Assembly (NCBI GenBank): GCA_030770535.1
Contig: JASVEC010000010.1
Coordinates: 1,364,001-1,428,000 of the forward strand
DNA: 64,000 nt
Direction: 5' to 3'
Source: Batkoa obscura
Taxonomy: Eukaryota
Each line of letters opens with the position of its first letter. Within the stretch, counting starts at the first letter, position 1. The notes under the pieces were generated by a model. That model was not told the origin of the DNA. It worked only from the letters and a program-made list of their open reading frames with translations, and did no database searches. A program made the position numbers and the translations under genes. Of this stretch, positions 59,414 through 64,000 are shown piece by piece.

Positions 59414-60145
59414 ATGTTCAGTTTGAATTGAGCAACCTTCGTTAAATAGAACGCGATTATTCTCTTTTGATGTAATCTTATCGTTTTCTCTAGTACATAT
59501 TTTAAACCTATTATAAAATATACTTAGATTATTTTCCACCGTTATTTCAGCTAGTTCATTTGGATCATTGGTTTGTCCAAGGTGTGAATTAGTACTACTG
59601 ATCATATCAGTGTTGTTTGATGCTGTTCCAACATTCACATCAATACCTTTTTTGATAATATAAACAATATATATGTAACAATGAATGATAGATATACTAT
59701 GGAGCAAAATAAGTAAATAAAAATATCACAATCAATTGTATTGCTAATTGGAATCATTTTCAAGTGATCTTAATAAATTTTACCCTTTTATATCTTTTAA
59801 AGCAGACAGTCATTAGCAAATAAAATCCCTCACTTCTCTGCTTTTGATGATTTATAATATTTTATTAGATACGATCTTAAAAATATTGCGTATATATGCT
59901 GAAAACTTTAATAGTATTTTTTATCAGTATTACTTTTAAATTACTTCATTTTAGGATCTTAAACAAATTGAGCAGCTTTATGACTTTGTTAATGAGTATT
60001 ATACTATCTGATACAAAGATGTTATTATTCATATTCCTTTCAAATGCTTAATCCTCTATAATAATTTATAAATACAAGATATTTGACATGTAAAAAAAGA
60101 TTAGGAAATAATAAGTATTTAGAAATTTAGTAAACGATAACTTGT

Positions 60146-61798
60146 TTATTTTAAGATTTGTAATAAAGAAGGAGCTAAGGCAATACCACTTTTAGTGAAG
60201 GCTTCAATTACATCCATGACTTTTAAATTGATAGAAATTACTTCTAAAAACTGATAATAAGATTGATCCTTTATCAATTGTTGCTTCATTTTATCCTTAA
60301 TTAAATCTATATCATTACATTTAATAATAGAATTATAACGTATAACAAAAAATAAAGATTGAGAGATTAAAGGAATTAACCATAGAGAATAGAAAGGAAT
60401 AGGTAGCTTTAAAGCATAAGTTAAGGTTAATTTACATTGTAATAAAGTAAATTTAATCAGATTGAAATTTAACTTAGTAAATGTATAAAAGTAACTAGAG
60501 TATAGAACAAATTTGAAATAATAATAAAAGAATAGTAGTAAATTGAGGAAATTTTGATAATAACAACTACTCTTTATATTATTATGATTCATTAACATGA
60601 TATATTTTTTAGTTAAATTGTTCAATTTATTGATATAAAATTGAGTTTTAAGATGATAATTTTGTTCAGTTATTTTTTGATTAATGAAATGTTGATTTGA
60701 TAATTTTATATTGTATATTATTATAGATAATTCAAGTAAATAGTCACTAACTAACAATTGTATTAAAAATAATGGATCTGTATACATGCTAAATATCGAG
60801 TATAATGATTGTTTAAATCTAAATGGTAGCAAATAAGTATAATTACTAGTTATGAATAAGTGAGCTGAAGTATAAGATAAAAAATTATAACACAGTCTCC
60901 TTTCAATAAATAAACTACTATTATTTGTGTCATAATTTTTGTTTAATCCTAACAATGTTGCAAACCTTTGCAATAATAATATAGTTGAAAACCTTAACTG
61001 ATACACCCATGCCAGATGATTTAAATGAGTTAATATTAATAACAATGCTTGTATATTGACTATGTTTGGCTTTATTTGATTTAAATTTTTATAGTGTGAA
61101 TAGATCTCATTCTCTAATTTTTTTAGGTAATTTATTAAATTATTATTACTATCATTTATATTACTATTACTATTGTTAATATACCAACTTAATCCTGATA
61201 ATATAACTATCTTCTTTAAAATTGGATTACGTGCATTAAAAGTCATACTTAAATTATGAAATATATTAAAGCAGAAGCAATTATAATTTAAAAAAGAATT
61301 TAACCCTAATGTTATCCACTGTTCATTAAAATTAAAATTAAAATACGTTATAATTATTTCTTTCTTTTTGTATAAAAATAATTGAAATTTCTGTATTAAT
61401 GATAGCAAAAATTCGATCCCTTGATGCTTTAATTTATATGGCGTTGGATATTGTATACTTGTTGTCAAATTCTCTAACATATACTTTTTGGGAAACTTAA
61501 GTATCAGCTTTGCAACATAATTTCTATCATAATTCATTTCTTTCGTTACTTTATATTCATTACATATAGTGTAGATTAAATCCATATTATCTACGCTATC
61601 CTTGCTACTATTTACACTTTCACTCTTATTTTTCTTTTTATATTTTCCTCTTTTACTCCTTATATCATATTTACACGTTGTTCCTCTTATTGTACATAAA
61701 TTACATTTTGGGTACTTTTTATCACACTCCATCTCTTTCTTTTTACAAGACCGACATGCATCTTTTATTACAGGGAATTTCAAAAAACTGGTATTCAT
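60146..61798 (-). CDS. Zn(II)2Cys6 transcription factor
   Basis: ACRSCKKKEMECDKKYPKCNLCTIRGTTCKY, basic linker KRGKYKKK, RFATLLGLN..IERRLC; intronless. Confidence 0.9.
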   Translation of the reverse strand: MNTSFLKFPVIKDACRSCKKKEMECDKKYPKCNLCTIRGTTCKYDIRSKRGKYKKKNKSESVNSSKDSVDNMDLIYTICNEYKVTKEMNYDRNYVAKLILKFPKKYMLENLTTSIQYPTPYKLKHQGIEFLLSLIQKFQLFLYKKKEIIITYFNFNFNEQWITLGLNSFLNYNCFCFNIFHNLSMTFNARNPILKKIVILSGLSWYINNSNSNINDSNNNLINYLKKLENEIYSHYKNLNQIKPNIVNIQALLLILTHLNHLAWVYQLRFSTILLLQRFATLLGLNKNYDTNNSSLFIERRLCYNFLSYTSAHLFITSNYTYLLPFRFKQSLYSIFSMYTDPLFLIQLLVSDYLLELSIIIYNIKLSNQHFINQKITEQNYHLKTQFYINKLNNLTKKYIMLMNHNNIKSSCYYQNFLNLLLFFYYYFKFVLYSSYFYTFTKLNFNLIKFTLLQCKLTLTYALKLPIPFYSLWLIPLISQSLFFVIRYNSIIKCNDIDLIKDKMKQQLIKDQSYYQFLEVISINLKVMDVIEAFTKSGIALAPSLLQILK

Positions 61799-62765
61799 TA
61801 TATTGTTGACTGCTCTTATTTTTGAACCTAACTAATGCTTTTTTCGCTACTATTTAAAGGTTTAGAGTTGTACAAAAGTTGAAAAAAATAAATAGTTTTT
61901 TTCCGGTTATTTCTTTCTATACTTTCTTAATAATAACTAAAAAAAAAATTAATTTATTAATAGCAACCAAATTATTCTGCTCAAATTAAAAATTAACCAA
62001 TCGAACAGCTTAAGAATAAAATATTTTGAACTTTTTGTCGCTTTTTTAATTTAAGGTTATTTTTTGTCCCCAAAATTCATTAAATATTGCAAAATTTATG
62101 ATAAAATTGAGACTACTATCAGTTTGTGAAAAAAGCTTAAAATAGTATATTTTTATTAATATTTCAATAAAGATGATTCTGGTAGGATATTAGTCATTGC
62201 TTTAATATAAAATATTACTTTTATCTCTTGATTTAATACTCTTTATATTATCTAGAGCTAAGTAGACTATACATACGAATATTTCGTTATATCTATCAGC
62301 ATTTTGCACGTGATTTAGGATATATATATGGAATCTTTAAGAGATAATAAGTTTTAGCATAGAATATGTAAAAATTTTACACTTAAGCAGAGCTGAATAC
62401 AATTGGAAGACTATATTAGCTTTTTCATAATGTCTTTTTAGTATGGACAACTATTTCGATTTTATGCTATATTCATAAATGTTGATGAAGCTGTCTCACA
62501 ACACTTGTTAAATATAAGATTATAAATACTATTATTTACCATTACAGCTAAAATAATGCAAGCAATCCTATAGAAAATCAAATGATGTGCAATAGAAAAA
62601 AAACTTGATAAATAAAAGACAATTAAAAGTTGGAAGTGCTGTAACTAAACCAAACTATAATAAAAATTAAAAATTAATTTCTAAATGATTTAATAAATAA
62701 AGAGAAGAGGGAATGGTGTTAATAATGTACACGTAGGAAAAAGGATTTAGTAGAGCGCAGCTATA

Positions 62766-63254
62766 CTATTTTTCAGCAATAAAAAATGTGTAGTCGATAG
62801 GTTCCAGCTGTATGAAGTTTATAATATCATCATCGTCACTCATGCTATTCTTTGCGCTATCCATGCATATAGTATTATTTTTATTTATAATGTTACGATT
62901 AGTTATGTTGCCATTTAAATTATTATCATTGACACAATTCAAGTTCTTCAAATAAAGCATTGAATTTAAACTTGTGAAATTGGAGTGAATGTCGCCATTA
63001 ATGTTAACCATGGTGTCTGATGAAACAGATACAGTAGAAAAGCGATGAGATTGGCAATCGGTATTAAAATGATTATTCTTATTCATTAGTACCACATTAT
63101 TCGCTGATAAAGCGGAGTTTCGCCTTTTATGAGTAATGTTGCCATTGAATATATTACTCTTCTTTTTGTTGCTAAACTTCTTCTTGCTACTTTGTCTTGA
63201 TAACCAATTTTCAAATAATATAGTTAAACTATCGAAAATCCCTAAGCTACTCAT
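62766..63254 (-). CDS. Hypothetical low-complexity protein
   Basis: 162-aa ATG ORF in very AT-rich DNA with KRRNS phospho-like motif and DDDDIINFIQLEP terminus; no domain recognised. Confidence 0.55.
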   Translation of the reverse strand: MSSLGIFDSLTILFENWLSRQSSKKKFSNKKKSNIFNGNITHKRRNSALSANNVVLMNKNNHFNTDCQSHRFSTVSVSSDTMVNINGDIHSNFTSLNSMLYLKNLNCVNDNNLNGNITNRNIINKNNTICMDSAKNSMSDDDDIINFIQLEPIDYTFFIAEK

Positions 63255-64000
63255 GATTGTTATTTAGTTTATATATATTTAAAATAATTTTGTACTCTAT
63301 ACTTTTTTAGCTTATTTATATTTTTTAATTTATTACATATATTAATAATAAAATCATACCTAAGTAATAATTAGAATTAAAAGTCAAAAGTAAGTGGAAA
63401 TAAACCCAGACCAAATGTTTAAGGTTAAAAATAAAAAAGCTATAAATATTTACCTATCTTTATTCTTCACAAAAAGAACTTAGTGAAATTGATTTTATAC
63501 CAATTAAATTTTATTTGTACATTATTTTTCCTTTTCATTAGTTTATTAAATTTATTTTTTATACACTCCACGTCATAAAAATTCTTTATCTTTTGAATCT
63601 AATCATGACATTTATGCTAAAAGTCTGGTCTCAAATTAAACATTATGCTTATATGGCCTTATGGTCATTTTTCATATTCAGCCCTGAATAAATAGATTAG
63701 TTTATAAGTATATTTTAACTCAAAATGGGTATTATAATAATAAAAGAATCATGATTAACGGAAAACGATTGAATGTAGAAAAATAGACTAAGAATGAGAT
63801 CATATACTAAAATTTTAAAGTCAGTATAGCATTGATTCAACATTTGTATATTTAAGTATTAAATAGCTCAACTTGTTTATTTCATTTTTCTATTTTATTC
63901 AATCTAGATTGTATTATACAACAATACATGCGTTGATATTTAATTATGTATTATAAAAATTCGCTTGTTTTAGATTTAAAGGTTACAATTTTAGATGGGT

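Larger units (their letters stand above)
58522..59757 (-). pseudogene. TM-SPRY pseudogene (paralog 6) interrupted by two MITEs
   Basis: NELAEITVENNLSIFYNRFKICT; GYFYDMISKKMTFTYD after removing MITE 22; degenerate tail ending like NDVQDP..SY* followed by TTTAAGCT as in paralog 1. Many stops. Confidence 0.85.

Overview
Very AT-rich eukaryotic DNA with short GT-AG introns (about 44-90 nt), Zn2Cys6 factors, QCR7, COX17 and an intron-containing tRNA-Ile(TAT). It is a fungal chromosome segment; the TOE1, NAMPT and tandem 7TM receptor genes suggest an early-diverging lineage such as Entomophthoromycotina (inference). Core genes are interleaved with birth-and-death gene families: three 7TM receptor paralogs (one intact), six TM-SPRY Ssh4/Ear1-like paralogs (two clear pseudogenes) and two secreted BPTI/Kunitz genes. 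A 1567-aa Msb2-like mucin carries about 98 tandem 30-bp repeats. The main signal missing from the ORF track is a dispersed ~95-100 bp miniature inverted-repeat element with 23 copies, GGGG...CCC(C) ends and variable 4-bp target-site duplications. Two insertions are confirmed against an empty-site paralog inside the window, and the ends and TSDs point to a Sola-like DNA transposon. The tandem Kunitz inhibitors (bacterial-like VPF loop, extra Cys pair, Arg at P1) are the most unusual protein-coding find. All calls are by eye, without database searches.
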